DNA of 64,000 bases from an uncultured Bacilli bacterium (GCA_934163035.1 CAKPJX010000001.1:17294-81293); one strand, 5' to 3'; positions 29,207 to 38,869 are shown, numbered from the stretch's first letter. Translations and numbers: made by a program. The notes: generated from the letters alone by a model not told the origin.

Positions 29207-29579
29207 TTAATATTTTTTATTCGGTATTACTCCTCTAACGCCACCTCGTGGATTTTCAATATCATCTTTATATTTAGGAATTAAATGTATATGTACATGC
29301 ATAACACCTTGTCCTGCTGATCCACCACAATTTAATCCAACATTATACCCATCAAGATTATATTTTTTATTTATATATTTTTTGTATTTATTTAATAATT
29401 CAATCATTGTAATTTGTTCTTCATCAGCTATATCAAAAAAAGGTTTCAGCTTGTTTTTTGTAATAATTAGTGTATGTCCTTTACTAACTGGAAACTCGTC
29501 AAAATACGCAATAGCAAGTTATTCTCAAATAGTGTTTTCTGTTTGGTACAAATTACTCACAAAAAGCACATTCCCTCAT
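29207..29579 (-). pseudogene. HIT family hydrolase, multiply disrupted
   Basis: - The 3' part is intact, with the histidine triad GVMHVHIHLIPK.
- The 5' part reads MRECAFCE then a stop.
- It shifts to VSNLYQTENTI-TGA-E-TAA-LAIAYFDEFPVSKGHTLII. Confidence 0.7.
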
Positions 29580-29739
29580 AATGATTACCTCCTACAATAA
29601 TCATTATAGCATAATTAACACTGTCTTTTAATCATCTAACCTAAATTTAATATCATATTTTAATAAATCATTAATAATTGATATGTTGTTATTTTTTCAT
29701 TATTTGGATTATTATATTTTTTACTAGGTAATATAATTA

Positions 29740-30402
29740 TTATTTTACATCTTCTTTCTTTTTTGTATAAATCAATGAATTTTTTTCATAAAATTCTAAA
29801 CTATTTTCGATTGATTCAATCAGAGGATAATCCCGCCAATTCCAAGTTTCTATACCTTGTGTTTTTGCAAATAGCATCCTTAAGAATTGTGATGGTATTC
29901 CTTCGTGTGTAATAACATAATCTCTACCATCTATATCACTATAATACAAGTAATTATCATATTTTTGACACAATGCACTCAATTGTTCTATGCCTTCAAT
30001 TGGTTGGATACTAAAATTATATTTCTTAATCTCTTCTAACAACGAAATATTGTTGGGAAAAATATGTAAATGTGCATGAACTATACTTTTACCACTTTTA
30101 TTAGTAGGATGCAATGAACCATGTTCAAACATAGAACTACTTGAATTAAAATATTTTATATTTATTTGTTTTTGCCATAAAATAATGCTTTTTAATTATA
30201 TTAATTGTTCTTTTTGTAATTCACCAAAACAATTAATATGTTCTTTAGGAACTATTAGTTGATAATTTTCAATAAATCCTCCAGTTGTTGGAAAAACTAC
30301 AAAATTATCAGTTTCAGCAAGTATTCTACTTTTATTAACTATACTAATATTTCTATTCTTTTGTTCTTCATAAAAAGGACACATACTTTTTTGCATACTC
30401 AT
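29740..30402 (-). pseudogene. HIT-like hydrolase interrupted by one in-frame TAA
   Basis: The ORFs 30196..30402 and 29740..30132 are in the same frame. Read-through gives ...KEQLI*LKSIILWQKQINIKYFNSSSSMFEHG...SIVHAHLHIFP. Confidence 0.65.
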
Positions 30403-30974
30403 ATCCCCCTAAACATTTTATTTCTCTATCTGTATTTAAATTTTTAATATTTCTAAATTCAAACAAATATCCTTTCATCTTTTTGTATCATTAATTCTAT
30501 AATTCAATTGTTTTTGAAACCAATACTTTACCAACGCAAAACAAATATGCATCAAAATTTCTATCAAGTTTTTTATTATATATGGCTTATATTCTTCATT
30601 TCAACATAATGCTACAAAATATTTTTTTCTTTACAATTTAAATTTCAAAAAAAGGGGCCCTAAAATAAGGCCTCCTCCTCCAAAACTAATTAATTTAATT
30701 GTAATCTAAACAAATTTCCGTTATGATACCATTAAACTTCATATAAATCAATATATTTAAAGATCTTTTGCAAGAAAAACACATCAGTTCTAGGAACACA
30801 TCATTAAAATTCTCATTTACTTACATTTATTAGTGATTTAGTCATGTGTCTCCTTATTTTAATGCCATACATACACTACAAAAATTCTATTTTCTAGTAC
30901 TTTTAAACGACTATTTTCATCTACTTTTGGAAATCTATAATAGTCTGCAAATGCTTGAAAGTTAAGCATTTCAA

Positions 30975-32174
30975 CTAATCTTTCCTTTGTAGCAAAATCA
31001 CACTCTCCACATGATACGTCCTAGGAAACATATTAAATGGAGTAACCTCCAAAACCTCATAATTATCTAATAAATTTAAATCTCTTGCTAATGTTACTGG
31101 ATCACATGAAACATAAACAATAGTATCGGGAGCTATCTTCTCTATGTAGTTAATCGTTTTAATATCAAGACCAGCTCTAGGAGGATCAACAATTATTAAA
31201 TCTATATTATTAAACTGATCAATAACATTTTCTACTTTATCACAAATAAAATTTATATTATTAACGTTATTTAACCTTCTATTAAAAAACGCATTATCAA
31301 TAGATGATTTACATGAATCAACTCCAACAATTTCAAGAGCATATTTTGAAACATAAATACCTATTGTGCCAGTACCACAATATAAATCCAAAACCTTATT
31401 TGGTCTAATATTTTTAACATACTCTAAAACCTTTTCATAAAGTTTAAAAGTTAAATCTCTATTAACTTGAAAAAATGATCCAATCGATACCGAATAAGAA
31501 ACATCACCTATTTTACTAATAATCTTCTCTTCCGGTGAAATAACTTGATCATTAATAATAAGAACGTCCACCATATCCCTAATAGAACTAATATCACTAA
31601 TCTTACCATCAATTTTAACCATTAATTTATCTAAATCATTAGAAACTCTTATAGTAACTTTCTTAATATCAGACTCCCTCGCAATATCATTCAATTTATC
31701 AATCAACTTATTAATAATATCAGGTAGTAACATACATGACTTTATCTGAACTAGTTCATTAGATCCCTCTTTATAAAATCCTAATTTACCATCACTTCCA
31801 TGTAAAACCACTTTATTTCTATATCCACTTTCCTCACCAAAACAAATACTATTAATCTTAATATTTTCCTTATTACCATATCTTTTTAAAATTTCCGCAA
31901 CCTTCATCTCTTTAAATTTATTTTCTTCATCATAAAATAAATGCAGTAAATTGCAACCACCACAAACATCATAATAAGGACATTCTACTTTTCTTCTATG
32001 TTTACTACTATCAATAATCTTAGTAGCTTTTCCCTCTAAATATTTAGCCTTCTTCCTAACAATTTCAGCATCAACAACTTCATCAGTTAAAGCACCATCT
32101 ACAAAACAAATTTTATTATCAATTTTAGTAATTCCTCTACCAAAATGATCAAGTTTTTCTATTTTTACTCTCAT
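30975..32174 (-). CDS. 23S rRNA (uracil-C5)-methyltransferase, RumA/RlmCD family
   Basis: TRAM-like N-terminus, a CPYYDVCGGC cluster, VLDLYCGTGTIG and DPPRAG. Confidence 0.85.
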   Translation of the reverse strand: MRVKIEKLDHFGRGITKIDNKICFVDGALTDEVVDAEIVRKKAKYLEGKATKIIDSSKHRRKVECPYYDVCGGCNLLHLFYDEENKFKEMKVAEILKRYGNKENIKINSICFGEESGYRNKVVLHGSDGKLGFYKEGSNELVQIKSCMLLPDIINKLIDKLNDIARESDIKKVTIRVSNDLDKLMVKIDGKISDISSIRDMVDVLIINDQVISPEEKIISKIGDVSYSVSIGSFFQVNRDLTFKLYEKVLEYVKNIRPNKVLDLYCGTGTIGIYVSKYALEIVGVDSCKSSIDNAFFNRRLNNVNNINFICDKVENVIDQFNNIDLIIVDPPRAGLDIKTINYIEKIAPDTIVYVSCDPVTLARDLNLLDNYEVLEVTPFNMFPRTYHVESVILLQRKD

Positions 32175-32238
32175 ACTATCCCTCTAAAAATATTATAACA
32201 AAATATACATACAAATAAAATAATTTATCATAATAATA

Positions 32239-33648
32239 ATGGTGATTAATATGATACTGATTAACGATCTAAAAAAGAAAATAGGTCCATCTAAAGACTA
32301 TAAATTTAAAGAATTCATAATAGACGGACAAAAAGTTCATTTAATTTATAATGAAGTTTTAACAAGTAAAACTAATATCAATAATCAGATCATAAAAAAA
32401 CTACTATCTTTAACAAAAAAGCAATTACGAGACTTAGAAAATAATATAACTGATTGTTCAGGAGAAATAATTGATAAAGAAGGAATTTTATCTTACTTGA
32501 ATAAAGGTTTTTTAATTGTAATTACTAAACATATATATGCCTTTGAATTTAAAGCTGACCTTGATAGAGGCATCGCAACTATTGAAAGTGAATTATCATT
32601 AAGTGGTCCAAAAGATAGCTTTTCAGAAAACTTTAATACTAATTTAGGTCTAATAAGAAGAAGAATAAAGTCATGTGAATTATATGTTGAAGATATAGAA
32701 ATAGGGCGAAGTACCAAAACAAAAGTTGGTATTTTATACATGAATCATATAGTTAAAGAACCTCTTCCAAAAGAAGTAAAAAAAGTATTAGAAAAAATAG
32801 ATATTGATGGTATTATTGATTCTAGTTATCTAAAAGCAACTTTTGAAAAAGATAAAAATTTCTTTCCAACTATTATGATGAGTGAACGTCCAGATAAAAG
32901 TGTTATGGCTCTTCTTGAAGGAAAAGTAGTAATTTTAGTAGACATGAGTCCTTATGCTTTAATATTACCTAGCTTTTTTATAGATTTTTTTCATACTGCC
33001 GATGATTACTATCAAAAAAACTCAAATGCTTCATTCATTAGAATTATTAGAGTCTTCGCTTTTTTAATTGCTGTATTTACACCAGCCATATATATATCCG
33101 TAACAACTAGAAACTATGATATCATTCCCTTAAAACTACTCCTGATGTTAAAAGCAGGTAGAACTTTTGTACCTTTTCCGGCTTATATAGAAGCTCTATT
33201 TATGATAATTTGTTTTGAGATCTTAAAGGAGTCAGATCTCAGAATGTCTTCAACAAGCGGTTCTGCTGTATCAATATTAGGCGGTCTAATACTAGGAGAT
33301 GCTGCTGTTAGTGCTGGTATAGTCTCCCCTATCATGATAATAGTTATTGCCATATCATCAATTGCTGGACTTATCTTTACATCAAACGAATTAGTAAATG
33401 CCCTAAGAATATATAAAATTGGCATATTAATCTTATCTACCATGTTAGGTATATATGGTGTAATAGTTGGAGGAGTCTATATGTTTTATAAATTATTCAA
33501 TCTAAAAATATTTGGTATGAGTTATCTATCTCCAATATGGCCATTTGATAAAAATGAAATAAATGATTCTATATTTAAAAGAGATACCAAAATAAAAAAA
33601 AGAAATGCAATATTAACTAAAAATATTGTACGAGGTAAATACAAATGA
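32239..33648 (+). CDS. spore germination protein, GerA-family A subunit
   Basis: RRRIKS, ERPDKSVMALLEGKVVILVDMSPYALILPSFFIDFFHTADDYY and C-terminal TM helices. The ATG at 32251 after GGTGA is an alternative start. Confidence 0.85.
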   Translation: MVINMILINDLKKKIGPSKDYKFKEFIIDGQKVHLIYNEVLTSKTNINNQIIKKLLSLTKKQLRDLENNITDCSGEIIDKEGILSYLNKGFLIVITKHIYAFEFKADLDRGIATIESELSLSGPKDSFSENFNTNLGLIRRRIKSCELYVEDIEIGRSTKTKVGILYMNHIVKEPLPKEVKKVLEKIDIDGIIDSSYLKATFEKDKNFFPTIMMSERPDKSVMALLEGKVVILVDMSPYALILPSFFIDFFHTADDYYQKNSNASFIRIIRVFAFLIAVFTPAIYISVTTRNYDIIPLKLLLMLKAGRTFVPFPAYIEALFMIICFEILKESDLRMSSTSGSAVSILGGLILGDAAVSAGIVSPIMIIVIAISSIAGLIFTSNELVNALRIYKIGILILSTMLGIYGVIVGGVYMFYKLFNLKIFGMSYLSPIWPFDKNEINDSIFKRDTKIKKRNAILTKNIVRGKYK

Positions 33649-34046
33649 AAAAGATTTTAATAATAATTATTGTAATCACTTTAGGTTTTATCATAAAAAT
33701 ACCAGAATATGAAGAATTAAATACTCTAGCCATTATTGAAGGAGCCGGCATTAGCTATAATGATGAAATATATACCATCTACTTAAAGGAAGTAATTCCA
33801 ATCAAAAATGATCAAGGAATGTCATACAAATATGACTATTACAAGGGCGAAGGAAAAACTATATCCAAAGCCTTAGAAAAACTAAAAGATAATGCTAATA
33901 AAAAGATATATTTAAAAAGATGTAAATTTATAGTTACTAATTTAAAATACAGTAACAAAATAATAAAAGAGTTAAATATAAAACCAAATAATATATATCA
34001 TCAAACTAAAGACATATACAAAAAACTAGAAAAGACTGAATCATAA
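33645..34046 (+). CDS. short Ger(x)C-like protein (N-terminal part only)
   Basis: ATGA overlap with the A subunit. The membrane anchor followed by EELNTLAIIEGAGISY resembles the start of GerC-type lipoproteins, but the protein is only 133 aa. Confidence 0.4.
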   Translation: MKKILIIIIVITLGFIIKIPEYEELNTLAIIEGAGISYNDEIYTIYLKEVIPIKNDQGMSYKYDYYKGEGKTISKALEKLKDNANKKIYLKRCKFIVTNLKYSNKIIKELNIKPNNIYHQTKDIYKKLEKTES

Positions 34047-34271
34047 TCAGTCTTTTACTATTAAATCATTAAATTTAGATTCTATCCTTTTTCGTCTTTT
34101 ATCTTCAAGTTCAGTATCAATTAAATAACAATTGTCTTCAAATGATAAAATCATTCCTTCATGTAAAGAAGTTGGCAAATTACTAATAGATTCCAAAACA
34201 ATACTACCATCATCAATATTTTGAAGTACTACAACATCTTCTTCTATTCTATCTATTGCATATTTCATCAT
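34047..34271 (-). CDS. DUF3006 domain protein
   Basis: YAIDRIEEDVVVLQ...LPTSLHEGMIL pattern, in the usual pairing with the following MBL gene. Confidence 0.7.
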   Translation of the reverse strand: MMKYAIDRIEEDVVVLQNIDDGSIVLESISNLPTSLHEGMILSFEDNCYLIDTELEDKRRKRIESKFNDLIVKD

Positions 34272-34276
34272 ATCAC

Positions 34277-35185
34277 CTATCCATTAACATCAGTGTTTAA
34301 AGTATCTATTTTAACCACAGTACCATTAGATGTAGCTCTAATTGTTCCATCCAAATCAGTTCTGTAAACTTTTATATTCCTGCTTTTAAACTTAGCCAAA
34401 GTTGAGGGATGTGGATGATTATAATTATTATCTTTACCATCTGATATAATTGCATATTGTGGTGATACTTTATCTAGAAAGTCTGTAGAAGTTGAATATT
34501 TAGATCCATGATGCCCAACTTTTAAAACATCAGCCGCTATATTCTTATCTAATAAATTACTCTCTTCACTAGAACTTAAATCTCCCATAAATAAAAACTT
34601 ATTTAAGCCATAGGTAGCCTTCAAAACAATTGATGTATCATTAATGTTTTTAGCATCACTATTACTAGCTAAAATTTCAAAATCAGCCTTATCTAGAGAA
34701 AAAGTCTCTCCTACTTTTGGAACATTAATACCAAAATTTTTAGATTTTAATGCATCCAGTACATCTTCAAAAGTCTTAGTAGTAGTTATATAATTTGGCA
34801 TATAAAATTTACCTATATCAAAATTATTTATAATATCATCCATTCCACCAATATGATCTTCATGCCCATGTGTAGCAATCACATAATCAAATCGAGAAAT
34901 ACCCAAATCTTTAAAATACTTAACTAACTTCTCCCCATCTGCATTATTTCCAGCATCAATTAAAGCATATTTATTATTAATCTCTATCAAAATAGAATCA
35001 GCCTGTCCTACATCTAAATAATTAACAACGAAATTATCATCAAAATTACCTGCAGTATTAACAGTCTCCCTCTTCAATACATCACCATTATCAGCAACTT
35101 TTAAAAAATCATTATAATAAATAGAAACTGTCGCTAACAATAAAATAATAATAAAACTAAATAAGCTTTTATTTTTCCTCTTCAA
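34277..35185 (-). CDS. secreted MBL-fold metallo-hydrolase (ComEC C-terminal-domain-like)
   Basis: N-terminal anchor, DVGQADSILIE and ATHGHEDHIGG motifs. Confidence 0.8.
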   Translation of the reverse strand: MKRKNKSLFSFIIILLLATVSIYYNDFLKVADNGDVLKRETVNTAGNFDDNFVVNYLDVGQADSILIEINNKYALIDAGNNADGEKLVKYFKDLGISRFDYVIATHGHEDHIGGMDDIINNFDIGKFYMPNYITTTKTFEDVLDALKSKNFGINVPKVGETFSLDKADFEILASNSDAKNINDTSIVLKATYGLNKFLFMGDLSSSEESNLLDKNIAADVLKVGHHGSKYSTSTDFLDKVSPQYAIISDGKDNNYNHPHPSTLAKFKSRNIKVYRTDLDGTIRATSNGTVVKIDTLNTDVNG

Positions 35186-35291
35186 ATATATCGCTCCTCA
35201 GTAAAATAACTTCTTAAACAAAAATAAATTTCTAGTTTACCACACCAAAAAAGATAGTTTATATAATAACCTATCTAAGTATAATATATTA

Positions 35292-35615
35292 TTATAAATT
35301 AGCAAGCACTTTAATAGCAGCAATAATAATAACAGCAAAAGCTGCAACAAAAATTAATATAAAAATTATTTTCGAAAATTTAGCCATAAAATTATTATTC
35401 ATAATATTATCCATCATCTTAACTTGCTCCTGAAAAGCATCATTAGTAGCGTCCATTACGCCCTTGTGATGCTTATACGCTTCACTATACGCATCCTCAA
35501 CAGCAAAGCTAGTTTTACAGTACTTACAAGTAACCTTATCAGCACCATCTGGTACAGTTAATACAGCACCACAATTTTTACATTTTAACTCAGTTAGTCT
35601 CACACAAATCACCAA
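35292..35615 (-). CDS. zinc-ribbon protein with C-terminal TM anchor
   Basis: CKNCGAVL...CKYCKTSF, then FSKIIFILIFVAAFAVIIIAAI. The start is uncertain: TTG at 35615, or GTG at 35603 after GGTGA. Confidence 0.6.
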   Translation of the reverse strand: MVICVRLTELKCKNCGAVLTVPDGADKVTCKYCKTSFAVEDAYSEAYKHHKGVMDATNDAFQEQVKMMDNIMNNNFMAKFSKIIFILIFVAAFAVIIIAAIKVLANL

Positions 35616-35784
35616 ATCAATTATATCATGTATATTTTAAGATGTAAATTAATGAAATAAAAATTAATTTGTAATTTCAAACATTAAACAATTCTTTCAT
35701 TACTATCAAATAATTAATTTTTATTGTATAATCATATATATAAACCTATAATTTATATTTTAATTTAATTATGCGAGGTAACAT

Positions 35785-37245
35785 ATGAAAAAAGAAAAAT
35801 TTAAATATTTATATAGTTTTAAATATAACAACAAAGACTATATTTATTTAGTAGCTAGAAATTATCCATTCTATTTTTTAGAATATGATTCTAAAAAAAA
35901 TAATTTTGATTATCCTGATATTAATACATTTACAGAACTATATAGAAAATTTTATTCTAATAATGGAATAAATTTCAGTGTTAAAGATGAGTTAAAAAGA
36001 ATTAGAGAAATATTGTACAATATAAATTTTGATATTACTCCTCTAGTAAGAACTACAAGTGGCCTATTATCTGTTATTATAGCCCTATCATTTACCGGCT
36101 GCAAACAAACTGATGGTATGAATGATGTTAACAGCACAGAGCCTACATCGATTGTCGAGATGCAAGATAAAAGCAATGAAATTTACAATTATTTTAAAAA
36201 TTATGGTATGGATGTTATAGACAAAGAGTATGATGGCAGTGATTACATTTTTGTTACAAATTTTATAAACAGCGATAATAAGCATCAGATCACACTTCAA
36301 GATCATGAAGAATTTAGAAAATTTAAAAATATAGACTTTATTCCAGCTTGGAATGATGTAACTGAAGCGTTTAAAAGCAACGAAAATATCGATGACGATA
36401 AAAAAGATATCATATTAAAGAGCATTGATAATATGCGAAATAGTAAGGAACTAAACGGTATAGATCTAAGTGTCTTATATGCTAATGCTAAAAGAATGAA
36501 AATAAAATATATTTCAGCTGAAGAAATAACAAACGCAGCGAATAAAGATTCTGTTTATGCTTACTTTGATTCCGCAGATGGAACTGTATATCTACCAAGT
36601 GATAGAAATTTTGAAGAATTTGAATTTATCCATGAAGTTTTAGGTCACGGAACATTAGCGTATCGAGAAAAAACAGAAGATTCACTAGTAGTATTTGACT
36701 GCACAAACTACCTAATGCTCCCAGAAGAAGATAGATATACTGGTTATTCTGTAGGTACTATGGTTGGTGAAGGCGGTGCTAACATGATCGCCCATTTAGC
36801 AACCAATAATTATAATACCAGTAGTTTTTATGAGTTATTTGAAGAAGAATTACGAGTTATTGCACAATTATGTAATGTTTCTATAGGTGAACTATTAAAT
36901 CATAAAGGAATTAGTCTATATGATTTAATGTATGAAAATGGAATTGATACTCCTGTAGAATATATTTTTAAAATGGATGGAATCTGTAAAGGACAACTCT
37001 ACTGTGAATTTTCAGATCTAATGGAAAGATTATTTGTTGATGCAACAGAAGAAAAAATTGTTAATTCAAATGAACAACAACAAAATGAAATTATTAAAGA
37101 TACGGTAGAAATAATAAGAAACAGTTATTTTAAGGATAAGGGGGAATTATCTTTTGGCTATACCGGAGGATCAATTGATTATAACTTTGAAGAAAGTGCC
37201 AATAAATATGAAGAAAATATAAACGGATTAAGAAGTAAAAAATAA
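35785..37245 (+). CDS. putative membrane/lipid-anchored HExxH metalloprotease-like protein
   Basis: FIHEVLGHG (HExxH). An internal hydrophobic segment ends LSFTGC about 100 aa from the N-terminus. Confidence 0.45.
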   Translation: MKKEKFKYLYSFKYNNKDYIYLVARNYPFYFLEYDSKKNNFDYPDINTFTELYRKFYSNNGINFSVKDELKRIREILYNINFDITPLVRTTSGLLSVIIALSFTGCKQTDGMNDVNSTEPTSIVEMQDKSNEIYNYFKNYGMDVIDKEYDGSDYIFVTNFINSDNKHQITLQDHEEFRKFKNIDFIPAWNDVTEAFKSNENIDDDKKDIILKSIDNMRNSKELNGIDLSVLYANAKRMKIKYISAEEITNAANKDSVYAYFDSADGTVYLPSDRNFEEFEFIHEVLGHGTLAYREKTEDSLVVFDCTNYLMLPEEDRYTGYSVGTMVGEGGANMIAHLATNNYNTSSFYELFEEELRVIAQLCNVSIGELLNHKGISLYDLMYENGIDTPVEYIFKMDGICKGQLYCEFSDLMERLFVDATEEKIVNSNEQQQNEIIKDTVEIIRNSYFKDKGELSFGYTGGSIDYNFEESANKYEENINGLRSKK

Positions 37246-37559
37246 TTAAAATCAAAGGCTTAAGAATCTATCATTCAAATGATTGCCTCTTATAAAAAGA
37301 CGAACTAAATAACACTAGTTCAAATAACATTCAGTGTGGTACCCTAAGAGGAAAGAAGTAGAAAAGCCCTTATGACAAAAGATATAGTTAGTAATAGCCT
37401 TACTTTTTGCTTTAGTAAAATAGTAAACTATATAAGAAAAATAGCACTCAATCTAGCATAGATTAAGTGCTTTACCATAAATTATGGGCAAGTACTCAAC
37501 TCGGCAAAGTTAAGTATTCCCTTTTTATTTTATGCAAATATCTCTAATATATACATAAT

Positions 37560-38101
37560 AACATATTTATTAAACCATGTCAAAAATTATTCAATTATTC
37601 AATTATTTTTTTATAGATTTCAATTAAATCTGGATCATTTTGATTTTATGGTAAAGCATCTAAATTAAAGAAAAGAATTTCATTTTTTTAGTTTCCATAT
37701 TCCATTTTAATTCTTCTGAATAATTTCTAACTGTTAATTTTCAATATTTTTTTACTCTTATTGGTCAGTCTTTCATAGTATCTAGTTATACTTTTTAATT
37801 ATCTTAAAGAAAGATTCTTAATTTTAGTTTTCTTTCCTCCACGTTCTAATTTAAAACCTAGATTATTTAATCCTAAATAATATTTGTCTTGTGATATATT
37901 TAAATAATTTTGGTCTTTTATATAGTATCCCTATGTTTTTTTATATTCTTTAGTAATTTCATAAAACTTTTTTCTATACTTCTTATTACATTTAACTAAT
38001 TCTATATTGTTAATGCTGTCTTTTTTCCTTAATCAGGATTAGATTTATAAGATTCTTTTTAAAGCTTTCTTTTCAACCTCTAATATTTTTACTTTCTTCA
38101 T
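37560..38101 (-). pseudogene. decayed ORF of unidentified family
   Basis: A TAGGAG RBS and ATG at 38101 give MKKVKILEVEKKALKRIL, followed by coding-like sequence broken by many stops and frame changes. Confidence 0.3.
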
Positions 38102-38128
38102 AAAACTCCTAACCTTCCATGTAACAAC

Positions 38129-38154
38129 AAAAAAACTAGACGATACTTCTAGTT
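38129..38154 (-). terminator. rho-independent terminator downstream of tRNA-Arg
   Basis: Minus strand AACTAGA-AGTATCG-TCTAGTT followed by TTTTTTG. Confidence 0.6.
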
Positions 38155-38196
38155 AATATTTATTACTACTCAAAAAATTTGAGTTATCTATCAAAC

Positions 38197-38273
38197 TGGT
38201 GTCCCCGGGCAGATTTGAACTGCCGACCTATCGCTTAGGAGGCGATTGCTCTATCCAGCTGAGCTACGAGAAC
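38197..38273 (-). tRNA. tRNA-Arg (anticodon CCU)
   Basis: The 77-nt cloverleaf folds by hand:
- acceptor GTTCTCG/CGGGGAC
- D stem GCTC/GAGC
- anticodon stem ATCGC/GCGAT with loop CTCCTAA
- T arm GGCAG-TTCAAAT-CTGCC
- encoded CCA. Confidence 0.93.
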
Positions 38274-38321
38274 ATAAAAAGTCTAAAAAAATTATAACAC
38301 ATCCATCATAACTTTAAAAGA

Positions 38322-38843
38322 CTAATCTGTAATAATTTCATCAACAGCAACATCATATAAATCATTAAACTTTACAGATGTTAAACATTCTCTATAACAA
38401 ATACCAATAGAATAAACCCTATTTTTACTATAAAACCTATCATAAAATCCCCTACCATAACCAATTCTATATCCATCAGTTGAATAACAAATACCAGGAG
38501 TAATAGAAATAGTCTTAGAAAAAGATTCAACCATCTCATCTCCAACAGGTTCATAAATATTCATATACCCTTTATTAAGATCATCTAATGACTTAATATA
38601 ATAAAAATTCATAGAACTTCCATCTACTCTAGGAACTGCAACTAACTTATTATTTTTCAACAAATATTTAATCAACTCCATTGTATTAACTTCATCATTA
38701 GTTGAAACATATGTAAGAATAACAGAAGCTTCTTTAACAGCCTTAAGATTAATAATCTTCTTCAATATCTTTTTATTCTTAATATCTCTATTCAAAATAT
38801 TCTTTCTAATTACTAGATATTCTTTTCTTAATTTCTCTTTCAT
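38322..38843 (-). CDS. 5-formyltetrahydrofolate cyclo-ligase
   Basis: 173 aa with VLTYVSTNDEVNT and GYGRGFYDRF motifs. Confidence 0.8.
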   Translation of the reverse strand: MKEKLRKEYLVIRKNILNRDIKNKKILKKIINLKAVKEASVILTYVSTNDEVNTMELIKYLLKNNKLVAVPRVDGSSMNFYYIKSLDDLNKGYMNIYEPVGDEMVESFSKTISITPGICYSTDGYRIGYGRGFYDRFYSKNRVYSIGICYRECLTSVKFNDLYDVAVDEIITD

Positions 38844-38869
38844 ACAAATAAAAAGGTCTTAAATAGACC

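Noticed and set aside
29207-29579. TGA sits at a conserved Trp position (TIWE) in the HIT gene, so I considered whether TGA encodes Trp (genetic code 4).
   Set aside because: Long conserved proteins (LepA, RNase J, MurC, AlaRS, PilB) are intact under the standard code and use TGG for Trp. A genome this AT-rich using code 4 would be full of in-frame TGA. The same gene also carries a TAA and a frameshift, so it is simply a pseudogene.
29382-29600. A 72-aa plus-strand ORF, together with the 62-aa ORF at 30259..30447.
   Set aside because: Both are antisense shadows of the two decayed HIT genes.
30840-30975. A 36-aa minus-strand ORF (MLNFQAFADYYRFPKVDENSRLKVLENRIFVVYVWH) just upstream of the rRNA methyltransferase gene's 3' side.
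   Set aside because: It is too short, has no clear RBS and no recognisable motif, so it cannot be supported from sequence alone.
19372-31000. Whether the accessory block is a prophage or an integrative element.
   Set aside because: I could read no integrase, transposase, recombinase, terminase or structural genes, and no flanking direct repeats. It is better described as an eroding accessory region of unknown origin.
37335-37345. GTGTGGTACCC resembles the T-box core GGTGGTACC.
   Set aside because: Only ~90 nt lie between the preceding stop codon and this motif, which is too short for stem I. There is no AGAGA or specifier element, no terminator, and no downstream gene.
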